64,000 bases of DNA from the human T2T-CHM13v2.0 reference genome, Homo sapiens: the NCBI RefSeq assembly GCF_009914755.1, contig NC_060928.1; one strand, given 5' to 3'. The position numbers were made by a program, and so were the translations under genes. The notes under the pieces are model-generated. The model saw only the letters and a program-made list of their open reading frames with translations. It ran no database searches and had not been told where the DNA came from. This document shows positions 1 through 13,129 of this stretch, one piece after another; the first letter of the stretch is position 1, and each line of letters opens with the position of its first letter.

Positions 1-305
1 GGAAGTGGCAATTGAGAAAATGAGGAACAATAATAGTATAAGACTAAAAATCCATATTAGCAATTACTTTAAATGTAAATGGTTTAAACACTCCAATCCA
101 AAGGTAGACATTGGCAGAATAGATTAAAAAAATAAACATAATCGAATATATACTGTCTGAAAAGACTCCTTTTAGATCCCAAAGCACAAAGAGGCTGGAA
201 GTAAAATGATGGGAAAAGATATTCTATGCAAACAGCAAATAAAAGAGATTTGGTTTGGCTATACTAATATCAGACAACATAGATTTTCAGTCAGAAACTG
301 TTATA
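1..305 (+). mobile_element. Old L1 (L1M) fragment, start of ORF2 endonuclease
   Basis: ttactttaaatgtaaatggtttaaacactccaatc (degenerate ITLNVNGLN) and ctatactaatatcagacaacatagattt. Confidence 0.8.
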
Positions 306-589
306 GATTCTGGGGTGACCTGGCAGTGTTGCCACACAGGCATTTTAGTCTCAAGCTGGAGACTGGAGTGCCTGGCCTGGAGTTGGGTAGGGGCCTCCAC
401 AGCCAGAACTGTGGAAAGCATCTCAGCAGTAGGTGTTGGAATTGTGTTCTACCCTGTTGCAATCCTGGGGAAAGAGGAGTACTTCTAAAGCTGCAGTTTC
501 TCCTGGACAGTGAGATTTGCAGCCAGGTCAAGTTTAGTAATCTGGAATCAGTCTGCATGTGCCATTTCTTGGTGCCCCAGCCTGCTATC

Positions 590-1460
590 CTGAGATCATG
601 ATGCAATGGGGTCCATACCACTCCACTCCCAGGCAGAATTTCAGGCACTTGGAGCATCTATTTGATTGGACGAATAGCCTGAGCCACCCTATCCTTCATA
701 GACACAGATTGTGGTCCAGTCAGGCCCTCTCCACTCCATGCCCATACAGATGTCCATGCATGCAGGGTACCCATTCACCTGCTTCAGCAGCCTGAGCTGC
801 CCCACACTTCCTGGGCATAAATTGTGGTCTAGCATGGCTCTCTGCTCCATGCCTAGGCAAAGCTCCAGGTAGTCAGAGCATCTGCTTGCCTGATTCAGCA
901 GCCCAAGTTGCCTCACCCCTCCTGTGCAGAGATCTTTGTAGAGGGGGGCACTCCTTGCTTCAAACCAAGCAGATCTCCAGGCACTCAGAGGACGATGCTT
1001 ACCTGGATCAGCAGCCTGACCTGCCCAGTCCTTCCTGTACAGAGATCCTGGTGCATGGAGGCCCTCTTTGCTTCATGCCCAGGCAAATCTCCAGACATTC
1101 AGAGCACCCACTCACCTGGTTCAGTAGCCTGAACCACCCCACTGTTCCTGGACATAGATTATGATGCAGTGAGCATCTCCCCACTCTGTCCCCAGGAAGA
1201 TCTCCAGGAATTCAGAACACCAATTCACCTGTATTACCATCCCAAGCTGCCCCATCCTTCCTATACAGACAACCTGGTGCAGGGGAGGTCCTCTCTGCTC
1301 CACATCCAGGTAGATCTCCAGGTACCCAGAGAACCTACTTTCCTCAAATAGGAGCTTAAGCCACCCTCCATCCCCAAGCAGAAAACTTGGGGCCAAGGAG
1401 ATTTCCCAGCTCCATGCCTAGGCACACCTCTGGGCACCTGCTGGCCACCCACTGGATTCT
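590..1460 (+). repeat. Degenerate tandem array, about 8 units of ~113 bp
   Basis: Core ccatgcccaggcagatctccaggca-like motif recurs at ~625, 735, 847, 960, 1073, 1187, 1300 and 1411. Confidence 0.8.
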
Positions 1461-2524
1461 CTCTTGGCATTGGCGGTGTGCCAGACATTGGGGGATAAGT
1501 AGGTGAGCCTGCCTAGTCTGTCCCCATCTATTGTAGCCCCTGCCCCCTGCCTCCAGGGCTGAGCAGGGAACTCAGATAACTGTGCATTTCATGAATCAGC
1601 CCTTTGCCTGAGGCAAAGAGAGCCTCTACCAGAAAATAAGGATCAAGTATATACAAAGCTGTGTTGGCTGCAGCTGGCTCTTTTCTATAAGCACCATCTA
1701 ATATCTTGTAGGCAGAAATGCACAGTCTAATATAAAACCTGCTGAAGGAAGTAAATAAGACTATAGAAGCAAACCCAAAAGACCCTATTCAGCATTCTCT
1801 ACAGTCACACCCCCTAGGGAGATAGGGAAGAGAAAAGGAAAGAAGAAAACGCAATAATATTATAGGAAAAGAAATAAAACACAAAAAATCCCACCTACAC
1901 AAAATAATTACAAATATTGGAAGTGCCAGCATCTCCAGATGAAAAAACCCAGTGCAAGAATTCTGGCATCACGAAAATCTGATTGTAGTAACACCACCAA
2001 AGAATTGCACTAGCCCTCTAGCAATGGTCACTAGACAAAATGGAAATTAAGAAATGACAATTTAAGAACTGAAAGCATGGATTGCAAGGAACCTTAACGA
2101 GATCCAAGACAAAGATAAAAATCAACACACACACAAAAAAAACCTCTATAGCAACCCAGTAAACAAAGGAAAACATTAACATATTTTTAAAAAATCAATC
2201 AGAGCCACTGGAATTGAAAACCTCACTTACGGAATTTCAAAATACAATTGGAAGCTTTAAAGCTTTATTAATAGAATAGATCAAAAGGAAGAAATAATAT
2301 CACAGCTTGAAGATTGTTTGTTCAAACTGATTGAGTCAAAAAAATTAAGGTAAAATAATTTTTAAAAATGAACAAAGTCTTTGAGACTTTGGGATCCCAC
2401 ACATAATATGGGACTATGTAAACCAACCAAACCTACACATTTTGGCATTTCTGAGAGAGAAGGAGAAAAAAAGTAAACAGCATGAATAACATATTTGAAG
2501 GAATAATTCAAAAAAATTTCCCAG

Positions 2525-2962
<438 letters not shown>

Positions 2963-3645
2963 TTAAAGGCAGCTACAGAGAAGGGACAGGTCACTTACAA
3001 AAAGAACCACATCAGGCTAACAGTGGATTTCTCAACAGAAACTTACAATCCAGGAAAGACCACAGGCCTATTTTCACCATTCTTAAAAACAACAAATTCC
3101 AACCAAAGATTTTATATCCTGCCAAATTAAACTCCATACATGAAGAAGAAATATTTTCCAGACAAGTAAGAACAAAGGGAATGTGTCATCACTAGACCAG
3201 CCTTAGAAGAGATCCTTAAAGGAGTTCTAAACATGGAAACAAAAGAATGATACATGCTATCCCAAAAACACACTTAAGTACACAGTGAACACATAAAGCA
3301 ACCACATAATAGAAACTACAAAACAACCAATTAACAACTTCATAATAGAATCAAAACCTCACATGTCAATATTAACTTTGAATGAAAGTGGTCTAAATGT
3401 CCCACTTAAAAGGCACACACTGTCAAGCTGGATTAACAACAAGACCCATTTGTCTGCTGTTTTTAAGAGACTGATTTCATGTGTAATGACACCAGTAAGC
3501 TCAAAGTAAAGGGTTGGAGAAAGATTCTCCATGCAAAAGGAAAGCAAAAAAGAGCAGGGGTCGCTAGTCTTCTATCAGATAAAACAGATTTTAAACAAAG
3601 AGCAGTAAAAAATGACACAGAAAGGCACTATAACAATTTATAACA

Positions 3646-4126
3646 GAGCTGTGGTGGGCTCCACCCAGTTCGAGCTTCCCCGGCCGCTTTGTTTACCTAC
3701 TCAAGTCTCAGCAATGGCGGACGCCCCTCCCCAGCCTCACTGCCGCCTTGCAGTTCAATCTCAGACTGCTGTGCTAGCAGTGAGCAGGCCTCTGTGGGCA
3801 TGGGACCCTCTGAGCCAGGCATGGGATATAATCTCCCAGTGTGCCATTTGTTAAGGCCATTGGAAAAGCACAGTATTATGGTGGGAGTGTCCCAATTTTC
3901 CAGTACCATCTGTCACGGCTTCCCTTTGCTAGGAAAGGGAATTTCCTGACCCCTTGTGCTTCCTGGCTGAGGCGATGCCCCACCCTGCTCCATGGGCTCC
4001 ACCAACTGTCTGACAAGCCCCAGTGAGATGAATCTGGTACCTCAGTTGGAAACGCAGAAATCAACTGTCTTCTGTGTCACTCACGCTGGGAGCTGCAGAC
4101 TGAAGCTATTCCTATTCAGCCATCTT
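3646..4126 (-). mobile_element. L1PA 5' UTR fragment (first ~500 nt), includes ORF0 remnant on + strand
   Basis: Reverse complement reads aagatggctgaataggaatagcttcagtctgcagctcccagcgtgag, the L1PA 5' start. Confidence 0.9.
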
Positions 4127-5299
4127 CACAATCTCCCAAGATTGAATCAGGGAGAAACAAAAAACCTGAATAGACCAATATAAATTTCCAAAATTGAATC
4201 AGTAATAAAAAACCTACCAATTAAAAAATTATTTTTTGGAATAATTTTAGTAGAATTGGTAATAGTGTTATAGCTCTTTATATTTCTGATCAAATTCAAC
4301 TGTGAAGCCACACGGGCATGGGTTACTCCTTAAATCACTCTATGAAGCCAGCATCACCCTGACATCAAAATGACATACTCATTTTTCTCACTATTTCATC
4401 TATATGCAGGCACCAAACCATCCTGTGCCTGTGGTTTTCCCTTTCACAGTCCAACAGCTGGCAGTAGTCACAAGACGTGTGGAATGAGTCCTCACGTGTT
4501 CTGAGAAGCTCTAGAGAGGCAGGTAGAGCTACACTTATTCCTGGAACTGAATTGATGGCAGCACCCTCTCTGTGCCAGCTGTCACACTGCTGTAGGTTTT
4601 GTTTCCTCACAGAGCTTTGTGTTTTGTTACAGCTTTAGAAAACAAAAGAAGAGTAGGTAGCTTATCACAGAATCCCATTTTTTAAAGTCAAAGCCCCTAG
4701 AAAAATATATGTCTGGAACACTGAAGGCAAAGGTTGAAAGTATATGCACATACACCTGCAGTCTGGCATGTGCCCCAGCTACTAACTACTTCAAGGACAT
4801 AGCCCAGCCACTCCCTTAGACTCCCAGTCACGTTTCTTTCTCTTGTCACTTCTTCTCCTGATTCTCCTTCTTCCTCTTCCTCTCTGTTTTATCCATTCTC
4901 CCCTTTTTTTTTCAAATTTGATTTTTAAATGTGATAAAGATCAGAGCAAGGTAGAGAAAATCTTGGGGTGATTAATTAGTCTTGAGAGTCACTAAAAATT
5001 ATTCTCCATCAGCTCAAAAGTCTTGATGAGTGTAGAAACCAACACTTTGTATTAAAAAACTATCTGCTGAATGGAATCTGATGTCCAGTAAAAAATAAAA
5101 GCATGATGGAGAGCTCCCGTGCATGGACAGTGCTATGTAGAGAATTAGCACAATGAATTACCCTCAAGGTTTTAATGAGATGCAAGAAATAGTACTTCAT
5201 TGTGATATGACCATCTTCATATTTCTTCACTTCTTAAGTATCAAAAATTAATAAGGTTAGAGAAAATTTGAATAATGCAATTAGGAACCTTTCTCTGAT

Positions 5300-5825
5300 T
5301 GCTAGTACATGTAATAATTTGAGAATATACATATACAATCTTCTCATGCATATAAGAAATGTTTATGAAAACTAACCATGTATTAAGTCACAAAACTACA
5401 AAATTCAAAGAATAAGTGTCTTAGGAACTACGTTCTCTGACGACATGATCAGTAATGAAAGATAAATAAGAAAATCAAAATAAAATGGCTTATGTCTGGC
5501 AGTTAATAAGACTACTTCTAAATAACTAAAGAGGCAAAAGTTAATTAGTCAAAATACTTGAAATAACCTTAAAATATTTATTAAAATGTATGGAATGCAT
5601 CCAAAATTATGATTAGAAAAATTTATATCTTAAATACTTTTATTGGAAAGAAGTTAGAATGAAAATTAGTGAGATAAGCATCCAACTTAGCTAAGGGAAT
5701 TAAAAGAACCAAGAAAAAAAGTTAAAAGAAGACTATTTTCTAAGAAAGTAAATTAAGGAGATAATTAAGATTAAAAATTTATTGACACATAAAAAAGAAA
5801 AACGATTGATAAAGCCAAAACTAAA
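5300..5825 (+). mobile_element. Old L1M ORF2 fragment
   Basis: Degenerate EN-domain sequence (ttctcatgcatataagaaatgtttatgaaaactaaccatgtattaagtcacaaaac). Confidence 0.6.
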
Positions 5826-5835
5826 TACAACTATG

Positions 5836-6792
5836 ACTATGCCTTACTTAGCAACAGGATACATTTAAGAAATGTGTCATCCTTGTGTAAACATCATAGA
5901 GTGTACTTACACAAACCTAGTCTACTACATACCTAGCCTAACCTCCTAGGCTACCAACATACACAGGGGTGTTACTGTACTCAGTACTGTAGGCAATTGT
6001 AACACAATGCTATTTATGTATTTAACCATATCTAAACATACTAATGGTACACCTATATAGGGCACTTACCGTGAGTGGAGCTTGCAGCACTGTATGTTGT
6101 TCTCGGTAAGTTCATGAGTGAGTGGTGAGTGAATATGAAGGTCTAGCTCATTACCGTACATCACTGTAAACTTTATAAACACTGTACATTTGGGCTACAC
6201 TAAATTTATAAAAAAATTTTTTATTCCTTCATTATTAAATTAACCTTGGTTTACTGTAACTTTTTTACTTTATAAACTCTTAATTTTTAAAAATTTCTGA
6301 CACTTTTGTAATAACACTTAAAACACACACCCAGGTTGTACACCTGTACATATTTTCTTTCTATATATCATTATTCTATCACCTTTTTTCTATTTTTTTA
6401 ATTTTTAAACTTTTTTATTAAAAACTAAGACACAAACACACACATCAGCCTAGGCCTGCACAGGGTCAGAATCATCAATATCACTGTCTTTCTCCTTCAC
6501 ATCTTGTCCCACTGGAAGGTTTTCAGGGGCAATAATACACATGGAGCTGTCACCTCCTGTGATAACAATGCCTTCTTCTGGAATAGCTCCTGATGAACCT
6601 GCCTGAGGCTGTTTTACAGTTAACTTTTTTTTTGATAAGTAGAAGGAGTACACTCTAAAGTAATCATAAAAAAGCATAGTATACTAAAAGTTAGGCAATA
6701 GGAATCTTTTAGTTCCATTATAATCTTATGGGACCACCTTCATATGTGTGGTCCATTGTTGACTATAATGTCATTATGTAGCACACGACTAT
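5836..6792 (+). mobile_element. Tigger3(b)-like Tc1/mariner DNA transposon
   Basis: catcatagagtgtacttacacaaacctag near start; end cttatgggaccaccttcatatgtgtggtccattgttgac...cacgacta resembles the Tigger3 terminus. Confidence 0.85.
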
Positions 6793-7165
6793 ATTTCAAA
6801 ATAATAATAGTTCAACAACATGAGCTTGGACATGCATAGTGGTAGAAATAAAAAAGAAAATAAGTGGGAGATCCATTGTAAAAAGTATGTCAATAGACAT
6901 GGATACAGATTGCATCCAGAGGTAGAAAATTAGTTTAAGGATGACAAATTCATTATGACAATAAGAAACAAAACTTTTGCAGACTACCTTAAGTTTTTAT
7001 TTATTTCATCTCTTGTAACATACATGAGCATCTCAGAAAGAAGGGAACAGCCCATGCCTAACAGTACCATTCTCTGGGAATACTAGTGGCAGTTTATTTA
7101 TTGAATTCATATTTTACAGTGAAGAAAGAATTGTCACACAGTAAATAGCTAATAATCCACCAACA

Positions 7166-7170
7166 CGCAT

Positions 7171-7201
<31 letters not shown>

Positions 7202-7207
7202 TACACC
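7166..7207. repeat. (CA)n microsatellite, interrupted
   Basis: acacacacacacacacaaacacacacacac. Confidence 0.95.
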
Positions 7208-7383
7208 CTTTCCAATGTCCCCTGGCAATAGTCCCTCACGTCTGGGTCCCTGGCAATACTCCCTCATGTCTAGTTTTTTTCTAGGCTTTACATCCTTTAT
7301 TTCACTCCTGTTTACTTTCAGCTGATTCTATTTGTGTGTTTTCTATATATCACACCTGTTGCTAAAGAGATTTGTTTACACAT

Positions 7384-9742
7384 TGATATGGCCTGGCTCT
7401 GTGTTACCACCCGAATCTCATGTTGAATTGCAATTCTTAATGTTGGGGGAGGGGCCTGGTGGTAGGTGATTGGATCATGTGGACAGATTTCCCCCTGCTG
7501 TGCTCATGATAGTAAGTGAGTTCTCATAAGATCTGGTTGTTTAAAAGTATGTGGCACTTCCCCCTTCACTCTCTCTCCTGCTGCCATGAGCAGATATACT
7601 TGCTTCCTCTTCACCCTTCTGTCATGATTTTAAGTTTCGTGAGGGCTCCGCAGTCATGCTTCCCATACAGCCTGCAGAACTGTAAGTCAATTAAACCTCT
7701 TTTATTCATAAATTATCCAGTCTCAAGTACTTCTTTATAGCAGTGTGAGAACTAATACAGAAAATTGATACCAAAGAAGTGAGGCATTGCTATAAAGATA
7801 CCTGAAAATGTGGAAGTGACTTTGGAATTGGGTAATGGGCAGAGGTGGGAACAGTTTAGAGCACTCAGATGAAGACAGGAAGATGTGGGAAAGTTTGGAA
7901 TGTCCTAGAGATATATTGAATGGTTGTGACCAAAATGCTGATAGTGACATAGACAATGAAGTCCAGCCTGAGGTGGTTTCAGATGGAGATAAGAAACTTA
8001 TTGGGAACTGGAATAAAGGTCATCTTACTATGCTTCAGCATAGAGACTGGGGGCATTATTCCCTTGCTCTAGGGATTTGTGGAACTTTAAGCTTGAGAGA
8101 GATGATTTAGGATATCTGGCAGAAAAAAATTTCTAAGCAGCAAAGCATTCAAGATGTGGCCTGGCTGCTTCTAAAAGCCTATGCTAATTTGCATAAACAA
8201 AGAAATGACACTAGAGAACATATATTTAAAAGGGAAGCACAGCATAAAAGTTTGGAAAGCTTGCAGCCCAACCATGTGGTACAAAAGAAAAAAAAATTTT
8301 CTAGGGAGGAATTCAAGGCTGCAGAAATTTGCATAAGTAAAGAAAAGCCTAATCTTAATAGCCAAGACAATGGGGAAAATGCCTCCAGGGCATTTCAGAG
8401 ACCTTCATGGCAGCCCCTCCCATTACAGGCCTGAAGGCCTAGGAGGAAAAAATGGGTTCATGGGCCAGGCCCAGGGCCCCACTGTTCTGTCCAGCCTTGG
8501 GACATGGCACCCTGCATCCCAGCTACTCCAGCTCCAGGAGTGGCTAAAAGGGGCCAAGGTACAGCTTGAGCCATTGCTTCTGAGGGTGAAAGCCCCAAGC
8601 CTTGGCAAGCTTCCAAGGCTTGTGCCTGCAGGGGCACAAAAGCAAGAGTTGAGCTTTGGGAGCCTTTGCCTATATTTCAGAGGATGTATGGAAATGCCCG
8701 GATGTCTAGGCAGAAGTCTGCTGCAGAGATGCAGCCCTCGTGGAGAACCTCTACTTGAGCAGTGCAGAGGGGTTGCAGCCCCACAGACAGTCTTCACTGG
8801 GGCACCGCCTAATGGTGCTGTGAAAAAAGGGCTACCATCTTCCAGATCCCAGAATGACAGATCCAGCAACAACTTGTGTCGTGTGCCTGGAAAAGCTGCA
8901 GGCACTCAACACCAGGCTGTAAAAGCAGCTGTGGGACCTGTACCCTGAAGGGCCACAGAGGCAGAGCTGTGCAAAGACTTGGAAGTCCATCCCTTGCATC
9001 AGTGTGCCCTGAATGTGAGACATGGAGTCAAAGGAGACTATTTTAGAGCTTTAAGATTTAATGACTGCCTTGTTAGGTCTCAAACTTACATGGGTCCTGT
9101 AGCCCCATTGTTTTGGCCAATTTCTCCCTTTTGGAATGGAAGCATTTATCCAATGCCTGTACCCCCATTGTGTCTTGAAAGTAACTAACTTGTTTTTGAT
9201 AACAGGCTCATAGATGGAAGGGACTTGTTTGTCTCAGATGAGACTTTGGACTGGAACTTTTGAGTTAATGTTGGGATGAGTTAAGACTTTGTGGGACTAT
9301 TGGGAAGGCATGATTATGTTTTGAAATGTGAGAAGGACATGAGATTTGGAAGGGAACGGGGCAGAAGATATGATTTGGCTCTATTTCCCCACCTAAATCT
9401 CATGTCATATTGTAATTCTTAATGTTAGGAGAGGGACCTGGTGGGAGATGACTGGATCATGGGGCGGATTTCCCCCGTTCTGTTCTCATAATAAAGAGTT
9501 CTCACAAGATCTGATTGCTTAAATGTGTGTAGCACCTCCCCCTTTGCCCTCTCTCTCTCCTGTCTCCATGTGAAGATGTGCTTGCTCCCCTTCACCCTTC
9601 CACTGTAATATTAAGTTTTCTGAGGCCTCCCCAGCTATACTTCCTGTACAGCCTGAGTAAATTTGAATCAATTAAATCTTTTTTTCACAAATTACCCAGT
9701 CTCTGTTAGTTCTTTATAGCAGTGTGAGAACAGATGAATACA
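7384..9742 (+). mobile_element. Full-length MaLR provirus (THE1D/MSTA type): LTR 7384-7759, internal region, LTR ~9366-9742
   Basis: tgatatgg...aataca LTR termini, MaLR-int ORF remnants (7835-8948), perfect 5-bp TSD CACAT (7379-7383, 9743-9747). Confidence 0.93.
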
Positions 9743-10107
9743 CACATATTGTGTTATATATGCAAAAAATAGAATATAAATTTAAAATCAATGAATAAAA
9801 TAAAGTAATGGGTAAATAAGGAAAGGAAAATACTTGAAGCCCAGATTGAGATGTATACTAAATGTCTCCCCTGAGATTCCCCTTTTCTAGTGCTGTGAGA
9901 TGACCACAACTCCTTTATATCACAAGATATTTTCTCACTTTTGTATTTCACCCTGCAACTTATCCCCAAACTATAAATATAGTAATGATGGTGTTTTAGG
10001 AAGTTAATAATATATAATGCCCTTTTTATTCTTACATGGTTTAATTGGAAAATGACACAGGTGATAGATGAATGGAAATACAATGTCAGCCTTGTGACTA
10101 TAGTAAA

Positions 10108-10260
10108 TTTCCTATTGCTGCTATTAATGAGTTACTATTAAATTAGTGGTAATATCACTGTTCTCAAAGTCAGATGTCTAAAATGGACTTCACATGCTAG
10201 AATTAAGTGGCTGACAGGGCTGTGTTCCCTTCTGGAGGCTCTAATGGAGGGTCTTTCTTT
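10108..10260 (-). mobile_element. MLT1-type LTR fragment
   Basis: tttcctattgctgcta...gacagggctgtgttcccttctggaggctct. Confidence 0.65.
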
Positions 10261-10829
10261 GCTAGACAAGCGAAGGGCTGGATCTACAAAGTAACTGAAT
10301 AAGCCAAGGTGGAAAAATAATGGGGTCCATAAGAGTCATGTACCAGAAAAGAACATGAATATGTGCTAATAGATGTCTGCTAAAATACTTGTCTGTATTG
10401 TACATTTTTTAAACTTCATATTTTCCAAATGCTTCAACATCCCCACAAACAGGCTGTGAACACCCTGCCCAGGCATCCAGGCACACTTCTTTTCCTCCAC
10501 TCACTGTCACCTACTGACATTCAAACACACCAGTGAAATCCCCTCATCCCTGATCCCCAACAAAGACACTTGCCCAGGGGTCCTTTCCCTCTCTCTGCTC
10601 CCCACCTACTTGGTTGAACCTGAATGGTGACCATTCCTCTCCCTCTAGAACCTGTGAGTACAATAACTTTTCATTTCCTATGCCTCAGCAAGTGTACTGT
10701 CTACAGCCATGTTGGATTGATTTTTCAAGATCCTATAATATTTATAATCCAATTTATAACCCAATTTATAACCTGCTATCAATAAGCAAAAACCTAGATC
10801 ATCCTTCATTTTTCTCATAATGTCATATT

Positions 10830-11225
10830 CGTTATATAATCCATCAACAATGTAAGCCTACTTGAGTTTACACCTTCTCTCCCTTTCTACTGTAGCTAAT
10901 TTAATCCAAGCCACACACTTGTGTCATGATGACTGTCATAGCCTCCTTCTCTCCTTGCCTCCTCCAGTCTGTTTCTCATGAGGTAAAAGAACATCATTTG
11001 GAAACGCAAATCATAGCATGTCTTGACCACGTCTTGGCCAAAATGTTCCACTGTATTCTTCAAATCTATAGCCTATAAGGCCCCCTTCTTCTATTCCACT
11101 CTAATCTCTTACCACTTTCCTTATTTACTTCACACAGTCACACTGCCCTTCTCGGTATATCTTAAACACAACTTTATTCTCCCATCAGGCCTTTGCACTG
11201 CTGTTTCTCTGCCTGAAATTTTTTT
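10830..11225 (+). mobile_element. L2 fragment
   Basis: aaacgcaaatcatagcatgtc and tcaggcctttgcactgctgtttctctgcctgaaa, typical of the L2 3' region. Confidence 0.6.
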
Positions 11226-11237
11226 CGTAATTTCTTC

Positions 11238-11535
11238 CTTTTTTTTTTTTTTGAGACAGGGTGTCACTCTGTCACCCAGGCTGGAGAGTGCAGTGGCACA
11301 ATCATGGCTCACTGAAGCCTCGACATCCCAGGATCCAGCGATCCTCCTACCTCAGCCTCCTGAGTAGCTGGGACCACAGGTATGTGCCACCACACCTGGC
11401 TATTTTTGTATTTTTGGTAGAGATGGGGTCTTGCCATGTTTTCATGGCTGATTTTGAACTCCTGAGTTCAAGCAATCCATCTGCCTTGGCCTCCCAAAAT
11501 TCCGGAATTATAGGCATGAGCCACTGCACCTGGCC
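11238..11535 (-). mobile_element. AluJ-like SINE
   Basis: polyT then gagacagggtgtcactctgtcacccaggctgg; atcatggctcactg and gatcctcctacctcagcc are AluJ-type. Confidence 0.9.
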
Positions 11536-11672
11536 TGCCTGAAAATTTCTTTCTCCAAACCTTTGTGTGGCTATTTTCCTCCCCACTCCCAACAGTTTTT
11601 ATATAATTATCTGACCCTTATCCTATTTTGTCAATGACTTTAATAGGACATAAAATTATGTTATATATTTAT

Positions 11673-11709
11673 GTGCAAAAACTGCAATTACTTTTGCACC
11701 AACCTAATA
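11673..11709. mobile_element. MADE1 (mariner MITE) half element
   Basis: gcaaaaactgcaattacttttgcaccaacctaata matches the Hsmar1/MADE1 TIR. Confidence 0.75.
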
Positions 11710-12759
11710 TTTCAGCCTCAGTGTTATTGAACTGCAGACTCAACGTGCATAAAATCAGCCAGGGTTGGGGTATGATTCTTTCTCAGAGAATTAAACATCT
11801 ATGTAGAGTTGTATCAAGAAAGCCAGGCCCTGTAATAAAAGGGTCTACATTTTCTGGTTTCTAGGATATTGTTCAGCTGCATCAGCTATGATAAAAGCTT
11901 GTTATCAACTTCAGAGTCACAAAGATGTGCAGTGCAAGCATTATTAATCCATTTATTACTGGGAAATTAGATTTGGTTTCAGATTGGTACACCCACATAA
12001 ATAATAAGAGCTAATACAGGTTTAATCAAATGCATTGGTAAGACACAATTTTTTTTCATAGGCACTCAACCTAGTAGGGACTTCACCTGCTTGTGATATA
12101 AAGATGATACAGTGGGTCTTTATTGCACAGGAAAATATAAACCGGATCACAAAGGGATATTGAGAGGAGCAGGGACTAGCTTTGAGTATATTCTCTGGTT
12201 ATGGAAGGCTTGCTCACTTATATAAGATTTCTTGCAGTAGCAAAAATTCCTATAAAGATCAGCATTTCAAGTTGAAGAGGCAAAGCTTCCCTTGACCCAG
12301 TTACTGATTCATGCAAAAACTGTAGTATCAAACATCCCCCAACATGTTCAGACCTTCCTTTCTTTTGATAAAAATGTCATGAATGAAAACTTCCATTTCT
12401 GGGCAAGATGGAGCAACCTCATTTCTTCCAGGTCTTTTTTCTTACAACTCAAAAAAGGTCTTCTTTCTTAAAACGCAAAAACCTTGGACACAATATAAAA
12501 GTAAGAGTAAGAAGACTGAAACATGAGAAGAAGAAAGCGAACTACCTAGTGATCTCAAGTCAAGGAGCAACATGGCAATATGTTTCCTGGGTTTCCTTAT
12601 TGACTCCCACATATCCTGGCCATGGTGCTACAGAAGTCCATGACCTAGAACTGCCAACTGGCACAGATAAAACTAGTCCAAGAAAAGCCTATTTTCCCCC
12701 AGCCAAATGACCTTAACAAAGAGTGGTCTAATGTAGAAAGCCTTTTTGGCAATATCCGT

Positions 12760-13129
12760 TGCTATGCTTTGAATATGTTGTCCCCAAAACTTAATTGGAA
12801 ACTTAATCTCCAATGAAACAGTGTTGAGAGGCAGGGCCTAATGGAAGGTGTTTAGGTCACAATGGCTCCACCCTCATGAATGGATTAATGCCAATTATAA
12901 AAGGGCTTCAAGCTTCAAGTTCAGTCTCTTACTCGCTCATGTGCTCTCTCTCTTGCCCACATGATGACTTCTGCCATTTTATGATGCAGCAAGTAGTAAT
13001 TCACCATTCTGTGTTCCCTTGATCTTGGACATCTCAACTTCCAGAATCATGAGCCAAATAAACTTACATTGTTTATAAATTACCCAGTCTGTGGCATTCT
13101 GTTACAGCAGCACAAAATGAACTAAAACA
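12760..13129 (+). mobile_element. MST(B/D) solo LTR
   Basis: tgctatg...actaaaaca termini; TSD tccgt/tccat. Confidence 0.85.

Noticed and set aside
590-1460. Regularly spaced repeats superficially like a CRISPR array
   Set aside because: Whole units are homologous (no unique spacers), context is primate L1, no cas genes
206-1488. Cluster of overlapping 60-131 aa ORFs
   Set aside because: Lie in the GC-rich tandem L1 5' UTR; no splice structure or recognisable protein
7835-9188. ORFs up to 192 aa with clear similarity to ORFs at 46388-47550, resembling a paralogous gene pair
   Set aside because: Both are frameshifted MaLR internal-region ORF remnants bounded by LTRs
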